Shown in pieces: positions 1-12,389 of a stretch of 64,000 nucleotides of DNA (positions within the stretch are counted from its first letter, which is position 1; every line of letters begins with the position of its first letter). Made by a program: the position numbers and the translations under genes. The stretch comes from Octopus bimaculoides (Eukaryota): positions 7,626,385-7,690,384 of the forward strand of contig NC_068995.1 in assembly GCF_001194135.2 (NCBI RefSeq), written 5' to 3'. Below the pieces are notes generated by a model that was not told the origin of the DNA, did no database searches, and saw only the letters and a program-made list of their open reading frames with translations.

Positions 1-456
1 AGTGAAATAGTGAAACATAATAAGAAGTTGAAAATATCTGCGTATAAAACACCAACGAATGTAATATTTAATTGTAGAGAATATGTGTGGCAGTGTGTTA
101 AGAATGTCGCTTGCAAACCAGATACCACAAGGTACGGTATTCTAGCATGAATGTAGCACAGGAAGCATATTGTTGATATTTCAGTTATTCCATTGAGATC
201 ATTATTGCGAATCGATAATAAAGGAAAACTATTTAATTAGTAGTATTTTTCTGTCGGTATGTGTGTCTCCATTATTTGTGTCTCCATTATGTTTTCAACG
301 GTCTTCAATGAGTATGCTATTGGGAAATCCATGAATGCTATAACCACTCCACCTCCATTTCTTTCTCCCATTCTGACAAACAACTTGTGTGATAGCCGAA
401 TACAGAAGAAAACAATGCGACATTTAGATTCCTTTGTTTAAATTGGAAGGCATATT

Positions 457-487
<31 letters not shown>

Positions 488-894
488 GTATGTATGTTGA
501 GGTATGCAATCCTTGAAACTGCCTCGTAGGAAAGTTTCAAGAATTACATTGAAAGTGACTGCCACCTTGACTCAGGTATCCTTGAACCTTTGCCATTCAT
601 TTCGAAACCAATAATAGAAAAGGCTTTGATAAACGATCTACAAAGGAACAACCTTTCAATTCTTGTTTGCATTTCGTTAAGTTTGAACATACTAAAAACA
701 GACTGTAGGCGTCATATTGTACAGTGTATATCAAATCTTAGATTCTTTACACAGATAAAAGAAGCAGCATTCGAAGTCAAAATTCTGGAGGACGATATAC
801 TAGAAAGCGTTCAAGATTCAAGATGCAATACATGTTATGAAATATGGTGATAAGTTAAATAACTGGAACCCCCAAAACTCTAATATCGCAAACT

Positions 895-945
895 CTAGCC
901 TCTTCCCCAAAATTTCGGGTATTGTGCATAGAGTTGAAAAGAATA
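895..945 (+). mobile_element. Group A SINE 3' tail fragment
   Basis: ccccaaaatttcgggtattgtgcatagagttgaaaag is close to 23990-24026. Confidence 0.6.
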
Positions 946-1629
946 TCAAATAACAAGTTCACACTCGCCTAGCAAGCACAATCTGTTAAGTATAGAAAAT
1001 AAGAAACTCTCGAAAAGTCAGCCAGGAAAGGATAAAACACAAAGGACAAAGGATATATGCATACAAGAGGCAAGATTAATATAATTTATCTCGATCAGAA
1101 TCATAAACGCTTTACATTAAACTGTGGTAGTTTGTGCTGGTGATAGAAGGTAGTGGGTGGAATTATGTCCCATCTGGAGGGACACAATTTGTGTAATACC
1201 ATTTTACACCAGACGTGTATCCCACGTCATATTATAAACACATTCCAGGCAACTTGTTCACACATTAATTGCTCGTAGGGACACCATATTTCGTTTCGGG
1301 ACCATAATATATTAACAAATATATCAATAGATCATACGTTAATACTGTATCCTATTTTGTATTAGCAGTGTGTTGTTTACATTTTTAAGTGTATCGCTAC
1401 AAATTTTCTATAGATTTTAGAGCTGACACTGAAAGTTATGGCCGAATGATTAAGAAATTCTTATTGCAGGAATCAGATCCTGTGTCTGATCCTATGGCCT
1501 GCACCTTGTTCAAATTTTATTATTTATAGCCTTGGATCGATCCATGTGTGGCGACTGAGATTGAGGTAGGTGAAAATTTACAGAAAGCTATCGGCTGAAT
1601 TTCAATTGTGATCTATTATTCAAAAGAAA

Positions 1630-1790
1630 AACCTTGCTCATATGCTGTTTCACGCTGAGGATTATATTGAGAGTATGATTGTGTGAAGGATACTCAGCTA
1701 CTTACATGTTAATTCACTGAGCAAGTAATACAGTTGATCGAAGAAATAAATCCTCTTCGTCAGACGACGGAGATTCACCAAATACGATAG
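1630..1790 (+). mobile_element. Group C SINE body fragment, diverged
   Basis: ctcagctacttacatgttaattcactgagc...gttgatcg...gacggag is close to 42117-42210. Confidence 0.55.
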
Positions 1791-2288
1791 AAAATAGTTT
1801 ATGATATAATTTCAAGTAGGAACGTTAAAAAGGGGAAGTAAATAACCATCCACTCACTGTTCAGTCGGAGACAGTAGTTATTTTCTGGCCAGAAAAGAAA
1901 TCTTAGCAATAGCGGTGAAGGTAAAAATACACACACACACACACGCACACACACACGTACACACACATGCATTTTTTATCATGANNNNNNNNNNNNNNNN
2001 NNNNNNNNNNNNNNNNNNNNNNNNNNNNNNNNNNNNNNNNNNNNNNNNNNNNNNNNNNNNNNNNNNNNNNNNNNNNNNNNNNNNNNNNNNNNNNNNNNNN
2101 NNNNNNNNNNNNNNNNNNNNNNNNNNNNNNNNNNNNNNNNNNNNNNNNNNNNNNNNNNNNNNNNNNNNNNNNNNNNNNNNNNNNNNNNNNNNNNNNNNNN
2201 NNNNNNNNNNNNNNNNNNNNNNNNNNNNNNNNNNNNNNNNNNNNNNNNNNNNNNNNNNNNNNNNNTTGTATGTATGTATGCATGCATG

Positions 2289-2329
<41 letters not shown>

Positions 2330-3453
2330 ATACATATATGTGTGTGTGTGTGTGTGTGTGTGTATGTAGCTACGTACAAAGGGTGAGAGAAAGAGAGAGA
2401 AAGAGAGAAAGATAAAGAGAGTGATAGTCAAGGCTAGTTCAATCGATCGGTAGGATACTATTTTTTAAATTTTATTTCTTTGTGGGAAATGGAAACATTT
2501 ATTTTCGCCAACGCACCAGATAGCTATAACGTCCAACCGAACGCATATGCAACCACATACATTCATTATATATACCCCATTATCTCTCTATGTCTCTGTG
2601 TATACACGCAAAGACACACGCGCACATATATATATATTATGTCTCATAAATATATGCGCATATAAATACATATACATATTTATACAATCACAACTACGTG
2701 TATATATATATATATATACATACTTTCATCGTAAGTTTTATNNNNNNNNNNNNNNNNNNNNNNNNNNNNNNNNNNNNNNNNNNNNNNNNNNNNNNNNNNN
2801 NNNNNNNNNNNNNNNNNNNNNNNNNNNNNNNNNNNNNNNNNNNNNNNNNNNNNNNNNNNNNNNNNNNNNNNNNNNNNNNNNNNNNNNNNNNNNNNNNNNN
2901 NNNNNNNNNNNNNNNNNNNNNNNNNNNNNNNNNNNNNNNNNNNNNNNNNNNNNNNNNNNNNNNNNNNNNNNNNNNNNNNNNNNNNNNNNNNNNNNNNNNN
3001 NNNNNNNNNNNNNNNNNNNNNNNNNNNNNNNNNNNNNNNNNNNNNNNNNNNNNNNNNNNNNNNNNNNNNNNNNNNNNNNNNNNNNNNNNNNNNNNNNNNN
3101 NNNNNNNNNNNNNNNNNNNNNNNNNNACATTTCGTGTAATAATATGTTTAACGTTTCTTTTGGCGAAATATATTTGGAATGTTATCTTGAAAAATGTTTC
3201 CTGTTTGGTCTTTCGTTATTTGCCACTATTTCTGTTTTCGCTACCTCAATTAATGTTTTACTGTTGTTGTTGCTGCTGTTAGTTTTGTCGCCGTTCTCGT
3301 CGTCATTGTCTTTGCTGGCTGGGTCGATATCATACTAAGATCTTGTAGACTTGTCTTTTACCACTGTGTAACACGATTTTTTTCTCCTTTGAATAACAAC
3401 TGTTACCTAATTTTGGTTTTGTAACATTTATTCAAACCACAATGAATCCTTCT

Positions 3454-3508
<55 letters not shown>

Positions 3509-3696
3509 TTTTGGTTGACAGGGATATATAATCCGAACGGGTACCAATATGCTCTTCTACAGATTGATAATACTAGTTAACATTTGTAAGCTTTTGTACC
3601 TTCAGTTGGTTGGCTTAACTAATTGTTCTAAATTCTCGCACCTAAAAATCCAGTTGTGTCTATAGATTCTGTATGCTTTTCGATAAAAGAGAAATA

Positions 3697-4088
3697 ATAA
3701 TGAATCAGTTTAAAGAATACAAAGAATAGAGAATATTCAGTTTTTTTTTTATTGTGCAGTCATTTCTGTTTTCATTTCTCTGCCAACGTAACGTTTCTGC
3801 CGCTATCAAGGTGCATGTTCCGCATCTTTTGGTGCATTATGATGCTTAGCATCCATGAAGGGCTTCATAACGGCATTCGGACCGCTAATATCGAAGAAAT
3901 CAAATTAGCGGTCAGAATGCCCTGACGAAACTCTTGATGGATATTAGCATCATAATGTACCAAGAGATGAGGAAGATGCACCTTGATGGCGGCAGAAACG
4001 TTACGCAGACGCAAAAAGAACATAAATGGCTGCATAATAAAGAATTGGATAGCCTCTATTATTTATATTCCTTAAACTGATTCATTAT
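3697..4088. mobile_element. Foldback (palindromic) element, about 190-bp arms with a 14-nt loop; possibly inverted Penelope-like pLTRs
   Basis: The left arm ataatgaatcagttt...cgtaacgtttctgccgctatcaaggtgcat...ggaccgctaat is the reverse complement, with scattered mismatches, of the right arm attagcggtc...atgcaccttgatggcggcagaaacgttacg...aaactgattcattat. Loop is 3890-3903. Confidence 0.8.
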
Positions 4089-4103
4089 ACATACATACAT
4101 ACA

Positions 4104-4153
<50 letters not shown>

Positions 4154-4384
4154 GCAATAATAAATCTCTGACCGAGATATAAACAGTAGCCGCACGACAT
4201 CGTGAAGCATATTTTCCACCTAAATGTGGCTAACCCTTAAGGGTCCATGCTACTCCGGGGAGGGATACGGAAGTTACTAGTCGATATAAATTTGGAGATG
4301 CCGATTTTTTCTTATGTGATATTTGATGTCGCATGGTCAAATGCACATGGGTTTATTAGCATTTACAAATTTATAATTTTGGAT

Positions 4385-4442
4385 ATCATGCTGAAGAGTG
4401 CAACGAATTTTTATATTCTAATCACGAAACTTCGTACATGAT
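4385..4442 (+). ncRNA. Type I hammerhead ribozyme motif, complete
   Basis: Stem I AUCAUG(4385-90)/CAUGAU(4437-42), 6 bp. Core CUGAAGA (4391-97). Stem II GUG/CAC plus inner GAAU/AUUC. GAAA at 4426-29. Stem III A-U, C-G with loop UUC. Cleavage triplet GUA, cut after 4436. All invariant core nucleotides are present. Confidence 0.8.
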
Positions 4443-4717
4443 TAACTAACGGCAGGTTTGTTTTCGTTTATTTTTCCTCTGTTTGTTCTTTGTGAGCCAT
4501 AAATATCGCTATCCGTTGGAAACTAAATTGTAGTAAGAATTAGTAGTTTTAACTGCTATTTCTAAATTTTCAGTTTGTTGGTGAAGCAAATCCTGCTGAT
4601 CCCTATATATTTATAATTATAGATGGTTTACCGATAAAGGTTTTTTTTTTTGGAATACTGAACTACTTGGCAAAATTGTTAGTTATTAATTTATGAATTA
4701 ATTAACAATTCCCTACT

Positions 4718-4759
<42 letters not shown>

Positions 4760-5559
4760 TACAATATGAACAAATAGTGTTAAATTGGATATATATTTTC
4801 GTTGACTCAGTCTCACGTTCCAAATAATGTTCCTGGAAAGGGCAGAACATCTAGACCAATAAGAACTTAGAAACAGATTTGAAGAACCATATCTTTCGAG
4901 AAATGCTAACCTAAGATTACGAAAGAATCGTATGACGTAATAACCTTAAAATCATTGGATAATTAAAAAAAAAAGAATCAGATGTAATTTATACTGAAAA
5001 ACAACAAATGTCTTGCGATTCCGAAATATACGCAAAAAAGTTTAAAATCTTGAAAGGAAGAGCAGAGAGTATAAAAGCTGATACAAACTAATGTTCCACT
5101 CTGCTATTGCTGTCATATCTAAAACGATCTTGCAGAATATAAAGGATAGAAATCAACGCGATAACAATAAGATACAAGAACAACAATGAAGATATATGGT
5201 ACATACACGGATAGAAAGAGATATGTGGTCTTGTGCAAACGAAAAGATTGATATATACATATATAATATACACTAGATATATTATATTTTATATAATAGA
5301 ATATACATACACATACACACAAACAACTATACAACTATATAAACTATATATATAAACTCAAAGGTGTACCTGCAGATATTTAAATACAAACACATTTACA
5401 TATTTAAGTATAAATATATTTAAATATATATACTCTGAAAACGTTGCCGTGAGGTGTACACAGTATGAAACAGATATTAATCAATATTTCAAAATGTCTA
5501 CTTATAATAGTCATTTATGTTTCGTCTTTGCTCCAAAACATCTGTTACCCATCTTAAAT

Positions 5560-5969
5560 CATCTGACAACTTCCTTTCTCTCCATCTCGATAGCTTCTCC
5601 ACTCCCCCCACTTCCTTCTGACGTATTTTCCTCTTCCTCTTACCCTTATCCTACCCCTTGCTTTTATATTCATTTCATCTCTTCTCTTTCGTTTTCCCTT
5701 TTTATTTTACTACAGTCTTTCCATTCAGTTTCTTCCCTAGCTTTCGCTTTCGTCCTACTCCCTTTCTTTCTTTCTCTCTCTCTCTCTCCCGCTTTATCTT
5801 TCTGCCTTTCTATTTCTCTATTTTCTTTTGTTTTTTCTCGCTATCTTTCGTTCTGTCTTCTGATTATCTTTCCTTTTCTCTTTCTTTCCCTTTATCCTTA
5901 TTCTTTCTCTCGGACTTCCTTTCTCTCTCTTTCTTTCTCTTGTTTTTTTTCTCTCTCTCTCTCTTTCTC

Positions 5970-6010
<41 letters not shown>

Positions 6011-6158
6011 CTTTATCTTTCTCCCTCTTTCTGCCTTTCTATTTCTCTCTTTTCTGATGGTCTTTCTCGCTCTCTTTTTTTCTGTCTTTCTGTCTATCTT
6101 TCTATTTCTCTTTATCGCTCTTTCTCTATCTTTCGCCCTCTCTTTCTCTGCCTGTCTG

Positions 6159-6197
<39 letters not shown>

Positions 6198-6260
6198 GTG
6201 TCATTGTTTCTTTATTTTCTCCATTTCAACTTTTCCTCATGTAAGTTTAGTGATATTTAA
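5560..6260. repeat. Pyrimidine-rich low-complexity tract with (CT)n, (TA)n and (TCTA)n
   Basis: Direct reading. Confidence 0.9.
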
Positions 6261-6553
6261 CTCTACAATAATTCTTTTTTCTCCTTCTCTAACCCTTTTT
6301 TTTTTGTGTGCTTTCTTACCATTTTAGAATATTTTGTGCTTTAATCTTCTTCAGAGGATTTTCTTTAATGTTATTCTAAATAAACTGCGTTGCGCTTCAA
6401 AATATCTGTGAAACCCCTAGGACAGGAAACAGCTGTGACCAAAATAATCTGTTGTTTGTTTTCATGTCTTTAAAACCTAATATATACACACTTGAAAAAA
6501 CTAGCGAATACTCTTCCTCGATCTGCATGTGTTTGTGCTTATGCGTATGTGTA

Positions 6554-6600
<47 letters not shown>

Positions 6601-6637
6601 CTGTACCTAGGTGCATCAAAATGTAATCTCTCTCTCG

Positions 6638-6673
<36 letters not shown>

Positions 6674-6829
6674 GTAAATAAGTAACAAGGCTGTACAGAT
6701 GTTACGTATTTATATTCTGTTCATACAACTTGGAATTGTACAGATATACCGAACTGACAAGGTGCCTCAATTTAAGTACCTAAGTATTAATTATATTTTA
6801 TGCATGTATGTATATATATACATATAATG

Positions 6830-7433
6830 AGCGATCTGGAAGACGCGAGGGATCTGGAAGACGATCAGTGATCTGGAAGACGATGTGCGATCTGGAGTAT
6901 ATGCCATGAGCGACACTCCCGGAAATGTGGTATTGTGCGTCGAGAATTCTAGTATCAGGGCTAGAACTTCAATGGAAAGTTCTACTGCGATGTTTTGAAG
7001 TGTTTTAAGGAGACCATTTGGCGACAGCACACAAATCTGTGGAGCGCGAAGAATTAGATTCTTCAGGACCACAATGCATCCTGTCGCCGAGCTCTCTTCA
7101 GTCGTGAGTTTTTCGCAAAGAACAACATGGTATCGCCTCCGCACCCGCGCTCTTCACCAGATGTAGCACCTGCGGACCAGCATCTCTTTCTCAAGATGGC
7201 AATGCAGCTGAAAGTTCGCCGTTTTAAGACCGTTGTCAAGATCCAAAGTGAATCAAAGATGCTTCTCAACTCGCTTACGACAAGCAAGTTCCAAGCCGTA
7301 TTCCAAAAGTCTCATGAACGCTGGAAGCTGCATAAGGTAACTGTTTCGAAGGCGGTAAAACTAAATCTTCGGTAAATAAGTTATTCTTTTATTGAAGAAT
7401 ACTAATCCAGTAACCTTTTGATACCATCTCGTA
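6830..7433 (+). mobile_element. 3' part of a second copy of the same mariner family
   Basis: Aligns by eye with 12720-13269. Contains SSPDVAPAD (YSPDLAPxD motif) and right TIR aaccttttgataccatctcg-TA. Confidence 0.85.
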
Positions 7434-7522
7434 TATCTATATATGGATAATTGAATACATTAATATAGATTTACAGATGTGTTCATGTACATATATACAT
7501 ACGTACAAATATAGACACATAC

Positions 7523-7575
<53 letters not shown>

Positions 7576-8682
7576 TGTGTGTGTGTGCGTGTGTGTGCGT
7601 GTGTGTGCTTGAGTATGCATATGCGTGTGTGTATCTCTCTCTCTATATATATATATCTATACAAGCATACATGTGTGTATATATATGTTTATGTGCGCTT
7701 GTGTGCGCGTATGGTTGTGTGTGAGTGAGTATGTTTATGCGGTTGTGTGTATGTGGTATATATTATAACAACTAATATAATTGTCCGTTTAAGGAATTAA
7801 TCATTTAGAATGGAGAGTATATCACATTTATTCAGAACAATATTTTACGGTCTGAGAACTCGTTTCGCTATATGACTGCCTTTCAGATATTTATTTGCTT
7901 TCAGAGAGAAGTATTTATACTAAATATATTCGTGTAAACGAAAAAAAAAAAAGTCAATCACATCTAACATTAAAACAAACATGTGTAGAAGTATGAATAA
8001 ACGTTGTTGTGAGAGTAGAAGAAAAAGAACAGACGATGATGAATGGGAATATAATTAGAAAGGAGAATAGAGGTAGAGAAATACGTAGGCATAAATATAA
8101 GAATTGTACGAGTCGAAGAATGAAGGAAATACAGTTAGGATGCTACATTAAGGGGATATGAAAAATCGATCGAATTTGTTTATCATGTTCAACTAATCGA
8201 ATGATGTTATTGTTTATATAAACAAATTCGACAGTTCATTAGCTAAGGCGTATTAGTTCTTTTTAGATGAAATTATCTTATACTAGAGTTGACCGTTCAT
8301 ATAAAATCGATTTAATAATTCGCGTCTAAAATAAATGTCGTTAGAGTAAAAACAATGCTTCCTGCCTTATGGAAATGGATGGAATCGTATATTTCGGTCC
8401 GTTAAAAGTGTACGTCCGTTGTGTTGTATTATTTCGTCTCGAGTACATTTAAGTTAATTAGAGTCTTAATTAATTTAATTTAATTCTAAATGGACGAACG
8501 TAGTAATTTCGGGTTGCCGAACTCAAATTAGCGAGCATGTATAAAGAAACAATAATATATACTAGCGACAGAGTCAGTGTTAATACCAAGAGACAATATT
8601 TATTCACACTTAATCATGGATGTTGTGTTAGAGTAAATTAGACTGCGGTAGTTATGAAAGGAACTCTCATACTGACTGTCGC

Positions 8683-8835
8683 AGCAAAACTCACTCTTAG
8701 CGGGCGGAAAAAATTAGCGCAAACTCCACCGCCTCCATCAGTGACAAAATCAAGCAAGGTCGAAAGCACGTGATTTAGTGTTCTCGGCGCTGGAGCTGGC
8801 GCGGATTTATCTCCCTGCTAAGAGTGCACTTTGCT
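8683..8835. mobile_element. MITE-like inverted repeat element (about 45-bp imperfect TIRs)
   Basis: agcaaaactcactcttagcgggcggaaaaaattagcgcaaactcc versus ggagctggcgcggatttatctccctgctaagagtgcactttgct. GC-richer than flanks; no clear TSD. Confidence 0.6.
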
Positions 8836-8914
8836 CTAAGAGGCAATATGAATTCCTCTCGTGTTAACTACAGCAGTATAGTTTATTCTAACACGACAAA
8901 TCAATCTATCTATC

Positions 8915-8987
<73 letters not shown>

Positions 8988-9154
8988 GTCTGTTTGTGTG
9001 AGTGTCAAAATTTGATAACCCTACAAGACTACGTGAAAGCACTAATTTATAAAACATGTGACGTATGAATAAAAATCTGTAAATGTACAAACATCGAGAC
9101 ATCTGAGTACCTGATTATTATTTCTTTCTAATATGTATATATACATACATACAT

Positions 9155-9199
<45 letters not shown>

Positions 9200-9906
9200 C
9201 ATATATATATATGTAATTATATAACAACACACACTCATACACAGGTACACGCACACACGCATACTACACATACACATATGTATGCATTCTTCGCTTTGAG
9301 GCAAAACAAGAAATTACTCAATACCTAATACAGAGTATTATTAAATAACTTTACGATTTTGCACATTTATTGGGACGAGAAAATTTACTTTTATTCGTGG
9401 ATCTAGATGCTTGCATACAAAAGCTTTGAAGTTGTTCTTTGTTAGACTTATAAACCCTAACGCTATTTTGATACAATATATTTGAAGTACACCAGTTATA
9501 TTACAAAACCATTCCAAATGAATTTTGCATTAAAGAAACAGTTGTATTCACATTCTTGTGGTCGCCTGGTATTGCTTTATATTCGTTCCAGCTGTCGCCA
9601 TTGAGTTACCTATAATTGGATGTTAGAAAACGTTTCTTAAATCTATGCAAAGTGCAAGAAATGTAGTTATCACTGAAAGAAACTATCTCGCTAATTGTAA
9701 TATTTCAATATGTAGAATAACGAAGAGATAAGTAAGCTAATTTCAAATAGGATTCATGAGTTTTATTGTTTGTCACAGCTGCTTCAATAGAATAAAAACA
9801 TCATATTCATATCACCACGCCATTAATAAACGTCATTATATAGAGAGTATATTTTAATATAAACATGTATATCTTATATTTGCGTATATCTTATATGCAT
9901 TTAGGT

Positions 9907-9957
<51 letters not shown>

Positions 9958-10377
9958 GCGATCTATCTATGTATATGTTTATGTGTGTGTGTGTGTATGC
10001 GTGGACGCGCCCGTGTTTGTGGTTAATAAGAAGAAACATGAAGTAAAGAAAGTGTTTCATTACAGAAATTTACAATTGTTTCGCCGGTATCTTAACTCAA
10101 GGTTTTCATTTAATTTTTTTTATATAATATATGCAAGGAAAGACTCAAAGTGTATCATTCTATGGATGCAATTCGATGTCTTCTCATCAGAATACTGTAT
10201 ATAACACTGTAATTCATTTTGTAGAGAGAACAAGAATTATACCAATAGCCAATACATAAATATATTAAAAAATATTTGCAAGCCATGAAATACTATGAAC
10301 GAAAATTAAATGATAATAAATACAGAGAAAAAAAAATCATATTTTAAATCCAATGCCTAAAACAAGTAAAAAATATA

Positions 10378-10541
10378 ACAGGCGTGGTTGTGTGGTAAGA
10401 AGCTTGCTTCTCGACAAAATTATTTCCAGGTTCAGTCCCACTGCGTAGCACCTTGGTTAAGAGCCTACTACTATAGCTTCTGGCCGACCAAAGCCTTGTG
10501 AGCGAATTTGGTAGATGGAAACTGAAAGAAGACTTTCCTGC

Positions 10542-10545
<4 letters not shown>
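10378..10545 (+). mobile_element. Group B tRNA-derived SINE 5' half
   Basis: ggcgtggttgtgtggtaagaagcttgc...ggttcagtcccactgcg...aaagccttgtgag...ggaaactgaaagaag, running into a microsatellite. Confidence 0.85.
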
Positions 10546-10607
<62 letters not shown>

Positions 10608-11369
10608 GTGTGTGTGTGTGTATAAAGTGCATAAGAAAATGTAAATGAGGGTAGTTTCTTAATTTTTGGACTGATTTTGTACATTCCTAATTTAAAATGT
10701 TGATGATCTGGAAACATCGTAATTAATATGGCCTTGCGTCGTATTGCGCTCTCCTACGGTACCTGCAGTATCACTAATCTCAGTCTGAGAGCATCGGTAC
10801 CTAATGTTAGCTCTATATAGAGATGGTGCTTAATTGATCTATGAGGATGCTGGCGGTAGCGGGGAATGTGGTGCTTATGTGGGACCTACGATGTTGTACT
10901 CACAGAGTCGCATACACCATTCTATGCCTGACTGGTTGTAATGTAGTAGTACATAGTGTGTGGATTTTCAAGTTGAGCTCCGATTGGCTGTATGCAAATG
11001 AGTTCATTGCTTGGGGTACGGAACACACGTAAGAAAAATAAATAAATTCGCGTCCGGATCTGGAAACGAAAGGGAAAATGTTGAGGAACATAAAACAAAG
11101 ATAAAAAAAACATCAGTAACAGCAACAACAACAACAACAACAACAGTTCAACAATGAGAATAAGAAACAAGTGTTTCTGCATAGGTGTCATGTGCTTCAT
11201 CGATTAAGACAGTTCTGGCTTCATATTTCTATAGACAGAAAGAAATACCAGAACAGTTTGAGAAATGTGTCGCGGACATTTTTTTCTTTTCTTTTTCAAG
11301 AATTTGTTATTAAGATTTTATTAATGCAGCTGATAGCTTTCCTCACACGGCTTTAATATTTCTTTCTCT

Positions 11370-11688
11370 GTGTCTGTCTGTCTGTCTGTCTGTCTGCCTA
11401 TCTGTCTGTCTGCCTATCTGTCTGTCTGTCAATATCTATATATGCATACATGTATGTGTGTATGTATGTATTTATGAATTTATGTATGTATTTGTGTATG
11501 TATGTATGTTTGTATGTGTATATATATGTATGTATGTATTTGTGCATGTATGTTTGTATGTATCTTTACATCTATGCATGTATGCACAAATGTATGCAAT
11601 TATGTATGCACTTAAGTATGTATGTGTGTATGAATGTATTTATATATGTATGTTGTGCTCTTCTGCATTATGCATCTGTGAATATCTT

Positions 11689-11773
<85 letters not shown>

Positions 11774-11790
11774 TTTATGCGTGTATGTAT
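11370..11790. repeat. (TCTG)n/(TATG)n/(TA)n compound microsatellite
   Basis: Direct reading. Similar arrays at 8903-8990, 27120-27570, 34555-34705, 37183-37246, 49640-49805, 51890-52205 and many others. Confidence 0.9.
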
Positions 11791-12389
11791 CTCTATGCGT
11801 TTATACCATCATATATCGTTTACAAACTATTCAGTATTTTTTAATATTCACATTTATATATATATAATTTTCTATTTTCTATTTTCATATTTTAATATAT
11901 AATTTGTTTTTTTATATTTCTATTAATTTTTTTTCTATCGTTGTCACATCACAGAAAAATTGATTTCATGTATGGACGATTGCATTAAAGATTACCATCC
12001 AATTCACAATGTCACACTTTATATTTCATAATACAATTCGTTTAATATTATTTCCTGCAGCGTGGCGTCTGCCACAAAATCTTGTGAAATATTGTGGAAT
12101 ATTGGCTATTCTTCTCTTATTACTGTCACAGTTGCTGCTTTCAGATATCTAAATAGCGTTTATCAGCTTGATAATTCTAAAGACGAATGGAGTTCACAGA
12201 AATTGCTACTGTGACAAAGAATAAAATAAAATATATCAATGAAAAAAAAAAGGTAGAGAAAATAAAAGGAAAAAGAGACTTAAATACCCACTTAAGAATT
12301 TAGAGGATAGTTTCCGCTTAGGGACATATATATAATCTACGGTATCGATTATAGCTTTAATGATTTACGCATTCGTGCACTCCTACATA

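Noticed and set aside
590-850. 86-aa ORF (FISKPIIEKALINDLQ..) faintly like an RTE RT N-terminus
   Set aside because: Starts at TTG, upstream stop in frame, similarity too weak to call.
1470-1565. Exon-like AG/GT pair (internal 36-nt PWIDPCVATEIE option)
   Set aside because: No recognisable protein similarity; two of three frames of the long form are closed; resembles interspersed repeat sequence.
4574-4640. Acceptor followed by FVGEANPADPYIFII
   Set aside because: DPY-like, but upstream of the C2 beta1-2 exon (wrong order) and only a poor donor (aag|gttttt).
10150-10200. Minus-strand CUGAUGA..GAAU hammerhead-like string (also 59480-59520)
   Set aside because: GAAA is broken and stems I and II are not in register; compatible with chance.
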